DNA from: a virus
Strand: one strand, 5' to 3'
DNA: 64,000 nt
IMG/VR virus record: IMGVR_UViG_3300010371_000028
Coordinates: 32,001-96,000 of that record
Part shown: positions 44,531 through 53,402 of the stretch, in pieces
Layout of the letters: every line of letters begins with the position of its first letter
How positions within the stretch are numbered: position 1 is the first letter of the stretch
Program-made: the position numbers and the translations under genes
Notes under the pieces: model-generated
What the model saw: only the letters and a program-made list of their open reading frames with translations
What the model was told of the DNA's origin: nothing
Databases searched by the model: none

Positions 44531-46549
44531 TCAGGCGGCGCGGCCGTTGTCGGGCGCCCAGAAGCCCGGGTCGACGCCGGGCGTGGCCCACACACCGTGG
44601 GTGATCTTCACTACGTGGCCGGAGGCGCGGTCGCGCTTGAGGGCCTGGGACACGGTGGAGTTCTTGAGTCCGAGTGCGGTGACGATTTGGCCGGAGGTCA
44701 CGGGTACGCCGCGGCGGGCGAGGTAGGCGCGGATCGCCTCGCGGGCGCGCTGGGTGTCGAGGGCGTCGTTGTGCCGTGCGGCAGCGGGCGAGCTGACCGG
44801 AGCCGGCACGGTGCCGGGCGCGGTGTCGCCGGCTTCCTCCGCGTCCTCCTGGGTCGCCGCAATCGCCTCCAGGTGCGCGGTGGTACCGGCGGAGGCCCAG
44901 TCGTAGACGACGTTCTCGTCTGCGCAGAACGTCCGGAACAGCGCCGGCTTGACCGCGCCGAGGATGTAGCCGAGACCGAAGGTCGGCGACTCGTCCGAGA
45001 ACATCTTCGGAAGCTTGCGCGGGTCGCCGGGCAGATCCGGGAACGCCCCGGCGGTAATCGCCTCGGTGGTACGCAGGCACACGATCGACATCGCGGCAAG
45101 CAGCGGGCGGATCGTGAAGGAGTTGCCGAGTTCGGCGATCGAGGGCACCTGGGTCACCAGGCGCAGCCGGATCCCGCACTTGCGGCCCATCTTCAAAATG
45201 AACTCGACCATCCGCTTGATCTGCTGGTCGGCCAGCAGCGCGGGCGCTTCCTCGAGCGTGATCGAGAGCAGGGGCATCGCGGCGGTCGGGGTGAAGTAGC
45301 TCACGCCCTTGCGCTGCCTGCCCTTCGAGTCGGTCCAGATCCGCGCGGACAGTTCCTTGTTGCGCGCGAGCATCTCCCGGTAGGCGTCTTGAATGAGGGC
45401 GCGTGACTCGCCCAGGTTGCGGGCGAAGCGGTCGACCTGGTCCTGCCAGTCCGGCAGCGACTGGCCTTCCTGCGGGTCGCAGATCTGCGAGACGATCAGG
45501 TGGTTGCCGTCGGCGTCGAGGGCGTGTCGCTCGTTGATCAGGGCGTAGTCGATGTACCGGGACTTGCCGGCGCCCGACGCGCCGCACACGATCTCATGCC
45601 AGGCGCCTGAGCCGGGCTGCCAGAACCGGATCTGGGCCGGGGACAGGTCCGCGCAGCGCCCGACGGTGGCGACGCCGGTCGTGATGTCGATGGTGGGGCC
45701 GGGGAACGGGACGAGTTCCTCGAGCGGGTTGCGGTGGAAGATCGTGAGGATGCCCTGGTCTTCGCGTTGGTTCGTGACGGGTTCGACCTGGATGTTGAAA
45801 ATGGAGGTGCCGCGGGTCGCGGCCATGCGCTTGCGGGCCGCCTCCAGGTTGTCGATGGTGTGCTTGTCGCCGTTGAGTTGGATGTGCAGGCGGGTACGGT
45901 GCGCGCTCGCGTCGACCTCCCCGAGCAGGCGCGCGCCGGTGAGGGGTCCGGATTCGGAGGCGAACTTGCCGAGGAACCAGGCGGTCACCTCGGCGCGCTG
46001 CGCGGCGAACTCGTCGACCGGTTCGGGCTCGACCTGCGGCGACGGTAGGCGCCTGGCTCGGCGGCGCCGCACGAGGTGCCGGGCGGACCAGGTGCCGGAG
46101 GTCGCGGCGGTCACGGCGGTAAGCGCATCGAGGGCGAAGACGCTCGCCGGCCCGGTCGCGCACGCGATCACCAGCCATGCGAGGGACAGCGCGTACGCGC
46201 CGGCGTAGTAGGCGCGGCGGGTTGCAGAGGCGGCGGCGATCCGGCTGGACTCGCTGTTCGCGCGGGCGTAGAGCACCACCCCCGCGAGGATCACTGCGGC
46301 CCAGAGCAGCGGCCAGCCGACCACAGTGCCGTCGACCAGCCCGGCCGTCGTCTCAAGCCCGGCCGCGCCGAGCGCGGGCGCGAACTCGGCCGGGTGGTGC
46401 ACTGCGGCAATCACGCCGCGCTTGGCGAGGCGGACGGCGGCGATGGCCGCGTCGTCGAGCATTTCCCCGGCCTTGTCGGTGGCGCGCTCGCTGAGCGTGG
46501 CACGCCGGGCCTTGCTGCCGGGGGGCAGGTAGCCGTCGCGGTCGGTCAT
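44531..46549 (-). CDS. FtsK/SpoIIIE-family DNA translocase (TraB/TraSA-like)
   Basis: N-terminal TM helices, Walker A CGASGAGKS, Walker B SITLEE, GRKCGIRLRL..Q.P, C-terminal winged helix; ATG 46549 after GGAGG. Confidence 0.85.
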   Translation of the reverse strand: MTDRDGYLPPGSKARRATLSERATDKAGEMLDDAAIAAVRLAKRGVIAAVHHPAEFAPALGAAGLETTAGLVDGTVVGWPLLWAAVILAGVVLYARANSESSRIAAASATRRAYYAGAYALSLAWLVIACATGPASVFALDALTAVTAATSGTWSARHLVRRRRARRLPSPQVEPEPVDEFAAQRAEVTAWFLGKFASESGPLTGARLLGEVDASAHRTRLHIQLNGDKHTIDNLEAARKRMAATRGTSIFNIQVEPVTNQREDQGILTIFHRNPLEELVPFPGPTIDITTGVATVGRCADLSPAQIRFWQPGSGAWHEIVCGASGAGKSRYIDYALINERHALDADGNHLIVSQICDPQEGQSLPDWQDQVDRFARNLGESRALIQDAYREMLARNKELSARIWTDSKGRQRKGVSYFTPTAAMPLLSITLEEAPALLADQQIKRMVEFILKMGRKCGIRLRLVTQVPSIAELGNSFTIRPLLAAMSIVCLRTTEAITAGAFPDLPGDPRKLPKMFSDESPTFGLGYILGAVKPALFRTFCADENVVYDWASAGTTAHLEAIAATQEDAEEAGDTAPGTVPAPVSSPAAARHNDALDTQRAREAIRAYLARRGVPVTSGQIVTALGLKNSTVSQALKRDRASGHVVKITHGVWATPGVDPGFWAPDNGRAA

Positions 46550-46581
46550 CGCCGCCTCCTTCTCTTCTCGTCGTGAACGGG

Positions 46582-47730
46582 TCAGTCGCCGGCGGGAAGC
46601 GCGCCGACGGTGACGGTGGGCAGTGCCATGTTCTGGGTGCTGGCGACGCCGTAGAACTGGCCGTCGGCACCGCCGTGGCCGGTGGCCATCGCGGCCTCGG
46701 CATGCGGCATCTGGTGGGTGTTGACGGTGTCGAGCGCGGCGACGGCGGCCTCGTGGTAGCCGGACGCTGCGGTGGACATGTTCGCGGCGATCGCGGCGAG
46801 GTCCTGGCATCCGGCGGCGAACGCGTTCGCGAGTTCCTGGTACGCGCCGCCGGCTTCGTGGAGCCGGTGGTATGCAGCGGAGGTTTCCGCGTCCACGTTC
46901 AGGACCGCCATGGTGGCGATCGCCATCTCGACGGCGCCGGTCTCGTCCTCGATGCGCCGGGCGGTCTCGCCGGCGAATTCGGCGGCGGCGATCGTGGAGG
47001 CGGAGGCGGCGAGGGCGTCCTCGGATTCCATTCCGGCGAATGCGGCGGCCTGGCCGGTGAACCCGACGAGGGATTCGAGGTCGGTGATGTCGGCGGACGG
47101 CATCGGGGGGTACTCCTTCAGCGGGGGAACGAGGGTGAGGTGGCGCGGGCCCGGCGTGGGCGCGCCGTCGAGGTCGTGGTCGAGAGGTTCGGCGACGGCG
47201 TAGGTGTCGTCACCCGGGTCATCGGTGTCGTCGACGAGTTCGGCGTCGGTCCAGTCGATGACCCCGGACTCGGGTCCGGAGCTGGGCGGGGCCGTGGCGG
47301 TCGGCCGGTCCGGACTCGGGCCCGGTTCCGGGGCTGTGGCGCGCGGAGTCGGCTCGACGGCGTCCGGGCCGGTCATGTCCGGGCGGCTGCGAGCGGTACG
47401 GCGCGTATACGCCAGGCCGGCGCTGCGCCCTCCGGCGCGCCCGGCCCGGTAGACGCGCACGCCGCTGACCCAGCCGGCGACTGACGCGGCGGTGCCGTCA
47501 CGACGCGCAGCCCTGGCGCGGCGTACGGCCCGGCGCCCCAACCTGTGGCCGCGGGCGAACGGGGCGCTGCCGTCGGCCCCGGTCAAGTCCGTGTCCGGCG
47601 ATCCCGGGCCGGGTGTTGCCGTGGCGGGCGCGGGGTGGGCGGGGCGCAGGCTGGCGCGGACGCCGGAGAACGCACCCGCGCCCAGCGTGACCATGTAGTA
47701 GCCGAAGATGGCGTCGAAAAGATCCGGCAT
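46582..47730 (-). CDS. Transfer-module protein: membrane anchor, Pro-rich linker, helical C-terminal domain
   Basis: GGGGAG RBS; in-frame internal ATG at 47103 with a strong GAAGGAG RBS (MPSADITDLESL...). Confidence 0.7.
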   Translation of the reverse strand: MPDLFDAIFGYYMVTLGAGAFSGVRASLRPAHPAPATATPGPGSPDTDLTGADGSAPFARGHRLGRRAVRRARAARRDGTAASVAGWVSGVRVYRAGRAGGRSAGLAYTRRTARSRPDMTGPDAVEPTPRATAPEPGPSPDRPTATAPPSSGPESGVIDWTDAELVDDTDDPGDDTYAVAEPLDHDLDGAPTPGPRHLTLVPPLKEYPPMPSADITDLESLVGFTGQAAAFAGMESEDALAASASTIAAAEFAGETARRIEDETGAVEMAIATMAVLNVDAETSAAYHRLHEAGGAYQELANAFAAGCQDLAAIAANMSTAASGYHEAAVAALDTVNTHQMPHAEAAMATGHGGADGQFYGVASTQNMALPTVTVGALPAGD

Positions 47731-47739
47731 CGTCTCCCC

Positions 47740-48321
47740 CTACACCAGGTGTTGGACGAGCGGGACGATGTGGCTGGCCATGCCCGCGTACACCCAGGAG
47801 GCGCCCTCGCCGAAGTAGCCCGGCACGAGGGTGAAAACCATCGGGCCGAGGAACATCAGCACGTCCGCGCCGCCCTGGTGGGCCTTGCCCTCGAGGACGT
47901 CGCCGAGCAGGTGCAGGCCCTTGTGCAGCGCGATCAGCGCGATGAGCGCGACGCCGACGTTCGTGACGTCCTGGCCGATCACGGGCAGGTGCCGGGTGCC
48001 GGCCTCGATCAGGCGCGAGACCCACAGCACGAACGAGCCGATGAACGTGCCGGACGCGGCGACCCCGGCAACGCCGAACAGCAGGAACGAGCACCAGGCC
48101 AGGGCGGTGCGGACGTGCCGGAGGGTCTTGACGGCGCCGCCGGAGCGCTGCACGAGGCTGCGGCGCTCGATCGACGCGGTGATGCTGGGGGTGCGGCGGC
48201 GCAGGAACAGGGCGAAGATCAGGCACAGGACGGTCACCCCGAGCAGGGACATGCTCGCCTGCGTGCGGGTGAGCGCGGACTGGGCGAGGGGGGCCGCCGC
48301 GGTGACGGCGATGTGGTTCAT
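47740..48321 (-). CDS. Multi-TM membrane protein (Spd-like)
   Basis: ATG 48321 after GAAGGAG; four to five hydrophobic helices. Confidence 0.75.
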   Translation of the reverse strand: MNHIAVTAAAPLAQSALTRTQASMSLLGVTVLCLIFALFLRRRTPSITASIERRSLVQRSGGAVKTLRHVRTALAWCSFLLFGVAGVAASGTFIGSFVLWVSRLIEAGTRHLPVIGQDVTNVGVALIALIALHKGLHLLGDVLEGKAHQGGADVLMFLGPMVFTLVPGYFGEGASWVYAGMASHIVPLVQHLV

Positions 48322-48346
48322 GGGGGCTCCTTCGGGGGTTTGAATT

Positions 48347-48640
48347 TCACTGGTTGGTCGGGCTGGTTTTCTGCTGTTCTTGCAGGTCGCAGGCGTGACT
48401 GTCCTGCAGGGTGCCGTGAATTTCACGCGTGAAATCGGGCGCGCCGGCCTTGCGTCCGGGGCACTGGCGGCGGTCTAGGAGGGCCACGAGCGCGCCGGCC
48501 GCGGCGATGGTGGCCGGCGCGCCCTCGATGGCTCGGATCCGGTCGAGGTGCGCCATGAACAGGGCGTGCAGGCGCCTCTCGGACCGAGCCGCGGCAACCG
48601 CTTTGCCACGGAGGTCAGGGGAACTGATCGTGGCCGTCAC
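48347..48640 (-). CDS. Small hypothetical protein
   Basis: GTG 48640 after GGAAGGG; MTATISSPDLRGK... Confidence 0.55.
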   Translation of the reverse strand: MTATISSPDLRGKAVAAARSERRLHALFMAHLDRIRAIEGAPATIAAAGALVALLDRRQCPGRKAGAPDFTREIHGTLQDSHACDLQEQQKTSPTNQ

Positions 48641-48660
48641 GGTCGGCGTCCCTTCCAGCC

Positions 48661-49397
48661 GTGTCGTGTCGGCGTGGCGGGTGACTGGCGCGACGGCGAC
48701 GGGGTGACGCCACGGGTCCGGCGACACGTGCCACCGGCCGACGACACGACTCGCGGTTCTGACACGCCTCGGCATTGCGCCGGGGGTGTCGCGTGCCACG
48801 TGCCGCAGGTGGCGTGTCCGGGTGCCCGTGTCGTTCGTCATGCGACACGCTCCTTGTCGGTCGTGTCGTCGCCACCCGTGGCGCTCGCGGCGTTCTGCCG
48901 GTCGCGGCTGCGGGTCTTGCGTACGAGAACGTCGTCGACCTTCACGCCGACGACCCCGAGCGCTTTGACGATCTGGGAGGCGGCGCGGCCGGGCAGGAGC
49001 TGGTCTGCGTTGCGGATCGCGTCGGCCTTCGACATCTCCGGCCATGCGCTCACTGTCTCGGTCAGCTGTGCCACATCGGCGTCGAGGTTCTGCATGGGCA
49101 GGTTCGACACGACACGTGCCGGACGGGGACGTGTCGCCACGGTGGGCTTGGGTGTGGCGGCCGGCGGGACCGTGGCACGGGCAGGCGTGTCCGTGTCGTC
49201 GGTTGTGTCGTTGCCGCGTGTCGTGTCGGCGGGAGCCACCGTGTCGGGTGTCGTGTCGCCGGCCGTGGCAGTGGCGCAGGGCGCCGTGGCGTGGCGCGTG
49301 TCGGTCGGCGTGCCGCCGTGTCGGGGTGTCGCCGTGTCGGCCACGCGTGCCATCCAGGGCGATGGGGTGTCGAGGGTCGCGAGATCCGATGCGTGTC
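48661..49397. repeat. Dense field of GTGTC/GACAC (CGTGTCG-like) short repeats; clt/parS-like candidate
   Basis: About 27 copies counted by hand in two clusters (48661-48867, 49106-49397), both orientations, several reading frames. Confidence 0.75.
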
Positions 49398-50193
49398 GGA
49401 CGGCTGCGATCTCTTGGATCAGCCGGTCGGTGCGAACCCTGTCGTGCGCTGCGCCCGAGACGCGCACGGCGGCGCGCAGCTTCCGGTTGACGCGCCGGCG
49501 CCGCTTGCCGGCGAGGAGCCAGCCGTTGATCGACGCGAGCCGGTCGGCCAGTTCTACGGCGTCGTCGAAGGCGTTGTTCTGCTGGATCTCCAGCGCGGTC
49601 TGGTCGGCCGCGGTGACGCCGAGCGCGGCGAGGAACCGCTGCTGCGCACTCTGCTTGATCTTGGCAAAAACACCGTCGGCGTCCTTGCCTTCGGCGGCGC
49701 GGCGGGCGCGCCGCTCGGGGACCATGCTGCGTTCCCACAGCCACGCGGCCACGAGCGGCGCGCCGAGGCGCACGAGGGCTTCCTGCGGAGAGGTGGCCTC
49801 GGTCGCCGACATGAACCCTGAGGCGCATGTGAGGACCCAGACGGCGAGCCCGTCGGCGCCGGCGTGGCCTTCGCGGGCGACGGCTGCGCGGGCACGGAGC
49901 GCGGATGCGAGCACCGCGATCTCCATGAACGCGAACAGGACGGCTTGGATCCAGACCGGCAGGTGCATGGTGCGGGTGAAGAAGTGCCACATGCCGGTCG
50001 CGGCGACGGAGGAGGCCATGGCGGCGGCCACGACGGTGAGGGTGTCGGCGGCCTTCTTCCCGCGCAGGGAGCGGGTGGCACGCCAGGCGAGGATCGCGGC
50101 TGCGATCACAGCGGCGCCCGACGCGGTAGCGAGCACCGGTACGGGGACCGAGTGGACGAGGTCGCCGAGCCGTTCGGTGGGTGTTGCGGTCAT
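48838..50193 (-). CDS. DUF2637/SpdA-like membrane protein with C-terminal HTH-like domain
   Basis: Four N-terminal TM helices (VAATGMWHF...FMEIAVLASAL...GAPLVAAWLW), coiled region, repeat linker, MSKADAIR C-terminus; GAAGGAGG RBS. Confidence 0.75.
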   Translation of the reverse strand: MTATPTERLGDLVHSVPVPVLATASGAAVIAAAILAWRATRSLRGKKAADTLTVVAAAMASSVAATGMWHFFTRTMHLPVWIQAVLFAFMEIAVLASALRARAAVAREGHAGADGLAVWVLTCASGFMSATEATSPQEALVRLGAPLVAAWLWERSMVPERRARRAAEGKDADGVFAKIKQSAQQRFLAALGVTAADQTALEIQQNNAFDDAVELADRLASINGWLLAGKRRRRVNRKLRAAVRVSGAAHDRVRTDRLIQEIAAVRHASDLATLDTPSPWMARVADTATPRHGGTPTDTRHATAPCATATAGDTTPDTVAPADTTRGNDTTDDTDTPARATVPPAATPKPTVATRPRPARVVSNLPMQNLDADVAQLTETVSAWPEMSKADAIRNADQLLPGRAASQIVKALGVVGVKVDDVLVRKTRSRDRQNAASATGGDDTTDKERVA

Positions 50194-50282
50194 GGGTCTC
50201 GCCTCCTTCAGTTGGCGTCGGGCGTATCAGGGCTCAGTGTATAACCCGTCATACGTCTTTCGGGGGTGGATATGATCCGGGC

Positions 50283-50633
50283 GTGGAGCGTGAGGAGATT
50301 GAGCGCGCCGCGGAGGCGCTACTCGCCGTCTCCCGCGCCGATGAGCGGGAGCGCGCGGAGTTCGTACGGGCTTTGAAGCAACGCGCCGAGGCGATCGCAG
50401 ATGACCGTGAGCGTCTCGATAAGACTCATTCGCTGGTTCGGTTGATGTTGGACGCGATCCCGGCGCTCTCGATGGTGCGTCATCTCGCGCTGGATCGTCT
50501 GCGTGCGCAGGCGGAGGCCGAGGGGGATCCGGAGCGCTGGTCGCACGGAGTGGTGGCGAAGCGATTTGGGATCACGCGGGCGAGCGCGCAGACGATCGCG
50601 AAAGGGCCGCGCGGAAAGGCTCCCAAGGGTTAG
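50283..50633 (+). CDS. Divergent HTH regulator of the transfer operon (putative)
   Basis: GTG 6 nt after TATGAT (leaderless); C-terminal SHGVVAKRFGITRASAQTIAKG. Confidence 0.7.
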   Translation: MEREEIERAAEALLAVSRADERERAEFVRALKQRAEAIADDRERLDKTHSLVRLMLDAIPALSMVRHLALDRLRAQAEAEGDPERWSHGVVAKRFGITRASAQTIAKGPRGKAPKG

Positions 50634-50749
50634 AGCATCACGCGGGACTGTGATTGCGAGCATCGTGTTCGCCTCCTCGGCGTGGTCGTGGTCGGTCGTT
50701 TGGTCGGTGGCGTCGTGGCTTGCCTTGCGGTGCGCTTCGGCGGGTCGGG

Positions 50750-50920
50750 TCAGAGGCGGAAGCTGGCGCCGTTGCGGCTCTTACGTCGCCGCCCGGTCTT
50801 GGTGCGTCCGGTGAGCGGGATCGCTTTCCAGGCGCGGAATCGGCCGGCGCGTTCGGCGATGTCGAGGTCGACGCCGCGGCCGGGGCGCCAGTTGAGGCTG
50901 ATTCTGGGGAGCGGGCTCAT
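50750..50920 (-). CDS. Small basic protein (DUF4236-like)
   Basis: Manual translation: MSPLPRISLNWRPGRGVDLDIAERAGRFRAWKAIPLTGRTK... Confidence 0.5.
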   Translation of the reverse strand: MSPLPRISLNWRPGRGVDLDIAERAGRFRAWKAIPLTGRTKTGRRRKSRNGASFRL

Positions 50921-50921
50921 G

Positions 50922-51065
50922 TCAGCGCCGCCGGCCGTTGTCGCGGGCGGTGGGCATGTCGCTGTCGTTCTCGGCGGGTGCCGGGGCGGCCTCGACCTCG
51001 ATCCAGCCTTCGATGTTGTCGCTGTCGGTGGGTGTCTCGGCCGGGGCGGTGGTGTCGGTGGTCAT
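50922..51065 (-). CDS. Small acidic protein
   Basis: AGGAG RBS; MTTDTTAPAETPTDSDNIEGW. Confidence 0.5.
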   Translation of the reverse strand: MTTDTTAPAETPTDSDNIEGWIEVEAAPAPAENDSDMPTARDNGRRR

Positions 51066-51090
51066 GCGGGTCTCCTGTCGGCGTGGGTGG

Positions 51091-51339
51091 TTAGGCGTGC
51101 GGTCGCAGGTTGGTCGGCGCCCGGTTCTCGCGGATTTCGGCGATCCGGTCGGCGACGGCTTCGAGGAGGTCGGCGTAGTCGCTGCTGTCGAGCGTGATGG
51201 ACTCGGGCCAGACCTCGATGTGGGTGCCGACGCGGTCGACGTCGGCGATGGTGGCGTGGGTGCCTTCCTGCGCGATGACGCGGCGGGCGAGGTCGGTGAC
51301 GAGCGCCGGGTCGGGCCGGTGCGGGCTGCGAGTCGGCAT
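51091..51339 (-). CDS. Hypothetical protein
   Basis: ATG 51339, natural composition. Confidence 0.55.
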   Translation of the reverse strand: MPTRSPHRPDPALVTDLARRVIAQEGTHATIADVDRVGTHIEVWPESITLDSSDYADLLEAVADRIAEIRENRAPTNLRPHA

Positions 51340-51341
51340 GG

Positions 51342-51542
51342 CTACTCGGTCCACTGGCGCACGTTGAAGTGGGCGCCCTCGTCGAGCAGCCCGGCGATGT
51401 GCTTGACGGCGAGCATCTCCTCGCCGTCGCGGAAGTGCTTGGGCTCGCCCTTCGGGGTGCCGATGTTCTCGGCGGTGTCGGGCTGTTCCCAGTCGTACTC
51501 GCTGGCGTCGCCGTCGAACTCGGTGATGATGATGCGTGCCAC
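51342..51542 (-). CDS. Hypothetical protein
   Basis: AGGAG RBS. Confidence 0.65.
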   Translation of the reverse strand: MARIIITEFDGDASEYDWEQPDTAENIGTPKGEPKHFRDGEEMLAVKHIAGLLDEGAHFNVRQWTE

Positions 51543-51551
51543 GGGGGTCTC

Positions 51552-51752
51552 CTAGAGGCTCGGGAAGGACGGGATGTCGCCGTTTGTGGCGCGGGCGGAC
51601 GCCTCGTATTGGGCGCCGATCGTGCAACGGGAGTCGCTGTTGTCGCCTCCGCACTCTCTGCAGGACGCGTCGTGCTTGGCGAGGGCGAGGCTGGCGTACT
51701 CGCCGGCGGTCAGGTCGAACGAGACGCGCGGCGGCGGGATCACGTCGCGCAT
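51552..51752 (-). CDS. Small Zn-binding protein
   Basis: HDASCREC...CTIG; TGATG coupling. Confidence 0.6.
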   Translation of the reverse strand: MRDVIPPPRVSFDLTAGEYASLALAKHDASCRECGGDNSDSRCTIGAQYEASARATNGDIPSFPSL

Positions 51753-52189
51753 CAGCGGTCTCCGATCGGGAAGCGGGCGGTGACGCGCTTGTGCCCGGAG
51801 TCGCGGCGTACCGCGAGGACGGCGCCCATCGCGGCGATGATGGCCAGGCCCCGGCCGGACTCGGTCTCGAGGTCGAACGCGAGCGCCGGGTCGGGGCGCG
51901 GGATCAGCTGCTCGGGGTGGGAGTCGGTGACGGAGACGATGAGCGCGGTCGCGGTCAACGTGAGGGTGAACCGGTCTGCGCCGCCGGCGTGCCGCAGGGC
52001 GTTGGTGGCGAGTTCGGACGCGGCGAGGATCGCGGCTTCGGCGATGGACGCGGGGGCGTGTTGCCGGACGAGGTCGCGGGCTTCGCCGGGTGCGGCGGGC
52101 GCGGCGATGGAGTAGCGGTGGCTGGCGGGCTGTACGGAGCCGCCTGCAATTGCCGATGGCGTTTGCACGAAGGGCACGAACATCAGCAT
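51752..52189 (-). CDS. RsbW-like ATP-binding protein (HATPase_c_2)
   Basis: LAASELATNALRH, VSVTDS, ESGRGLAII, KRVTARF motifs. Confidence 0.85.
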   Translation of the reverse strand: MLMFVPFVQTPSAIAGGSVQPASHRYSIAAPAAPGEARDLVRQHAPASIAEAAILAASELATNALRHAGGADRFTLTLTATALIVSVTDSHPEQLIPRPDPALAFDLETESGRGLAIIAAMGAVLAVRRDSGHKRVTARFPIGDR

Positions 52190-52494
52190 GAACCGCCTTC
52201 GCGCATCGCGGTACCGGTCTTGGGCGCGGCGCCCCTGCGGCCCTCGATGACCTCGACTTTGTCGGCGGGAACGAGTCCGACGGTGGCGGGCTGCTGGGTG
52301 GCGGCGTCGAACCGGACGGGGATCGCGCCCGAGTATTCGACGGTGCCGTGCCCGTACGGGGTGCGGACGCGGGTGCCGGCGGGGATGGGCTGGGCTTCGA
52401 GGCGGGCGTATTCGAGGACGAGGGCGCGGCGGGTGGTCCGGTCGGTGTTCTCGGACAGGATCTTCGTGAGGATCGTGGACTGGCGCGCGTTCAC
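52183..52494 (-). CDS. Hypothetical protein
   Basis: GTGA overlap; IPAGTRVRTPYGHGTV. Confidence 0.6.
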   Translation of the reverse strand: MNARQSTILTKILSENTDRTTRRALVLEYARLEAQPIPAGTRVRTPYGHGTVEYSGAIPVRFDAATQQPATVGLVPADKVEVIEGRRGAAPKTGTAMREGGSC

Positions 52495-52763
52495 GGCCGG
52501 TGCCCGTCGGTCTCGGGACGCAGGATCGCGATGCGGGCGTCGGCGACGATCGACCAGGGGCGGGTGTCGCCGGGGTCGTCGATCGGCGCGACGATCAGGT
52601 TGGCGATGGAGGCGTGGTGCTCGTTCTCGACCAGGACGGGCGCCGCGACCGCGCACCAGGTGCCGGAGAGCGCGACGATGTCGCCGATGCGGAGGCGGGC
52701 GGCCTTCGCCTGGGTCATGTGCAGGCCGGCGAGGGTCGGCGCGGGCACGGTCAGGGTGGTCAT
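52491..52763 (-). CDS. Hypothetical protein
   Basis: ATGA overlap; AARLRIGDIV. Confidence 0.6.
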   Translation of the reverse strand: MTTLTVPAPTLAGLHMTQAKAARLRIGDIVALSGTWCAVAAPVLVENEHHASIANLIVAPIDDPGDTRPWSIVADARIAILRPETDGHRP

Positions 52764-53104
52764 CGTGCCGCTCCCGTCTCGTTCGGGACGAGCCACAGGC
52801 CGGCGCCGCCGTGCAGGATCACCTGGTCGTACTCGGGCAGCGGCACCGACTGGTACACCTCGACGCGCAGGCCGTCGATCACGGCCTCGGTCGACCAGGT
52901 GCCCATCCACACGCCCGCCTGGATCTCGTGCGGGGCGTGCTCCTCGACCTCGGCGTGCAGGGCGTTCGCCCAGGCGCGGATGTCGGCCGGGTTGTTCCCG
53001 GCGAGCGTGAACGCGACGGTCGCGGGGGCTGTCGGTCCGTAGGCCGGGGTGAGCGTTACGGACAGGACCGGCGGGAGGCCCGCGATGTCCAGGTCGCGGA
53101 TCAT
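52760..53104 (-). CDS. Hypothetical protein
   Basis: ATGA overlaps on both sides. Confidence 0.65.
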   Translation of the reverse strand: MIRDLDIAGLPPVLSVTLTPAYGPTAPATVAFTLAGNNPADIRAWANALHAEVEEHAPHEIQAGVWMGTWSTEAVIDGLRVEVYQSVPLPEYDQVILHGGAGLWLVPNETGAAR

Positions 53105-53328
53105 GCGGTCACCGGCTCTCCGGCGTTCGCCCGGGTCGCGGTGACGGCGCGCACGATGTTCGGCAGTGCCGCCGTGAGCCCGAGCTCGATGTGCGCAAGG
53201 AGCAGCGCCAGGTAGTAGCCGGGGTCGGCGGCGGCGTTCTGGATCCGCCGGATCACGCGCTCGGCGTGCTCGTACTCGGCGTCGGACGGGACGCGCGCGG
53301 CGGCCTCGGCCTGGTCTACGCTGGACAT
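53101..53328 (-). CDS. Hypothetical protein
   Basis: GAAGGAG RBS. Confidence 0.65.
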   Translation of the reverse strand: MSSVDQAEAAARVPSDAEYEHAERVIRRIQNAAADPGYYLALLLAHIELGLTAALPNIVRAVTATRANAGEPVTA

Positions 53329-53402
53329 GTTCGCTCCTTCTGCTGCTCGCTAGAGGTTCGGACCCCGCCCGGTCGCTGTTGCTGCAGCGTCCGGGCTTTT
53401 AC

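Noticed and set aside
47260-47395. Several CCCGGA/TCCGGA hexamers resembling the pSVH1 TraB recognition repeat
   Set aside because: Few, irregular copies explained by a Pro/Gly-rich linker in GC-rich DNA; the GTGTC field is far more enriched
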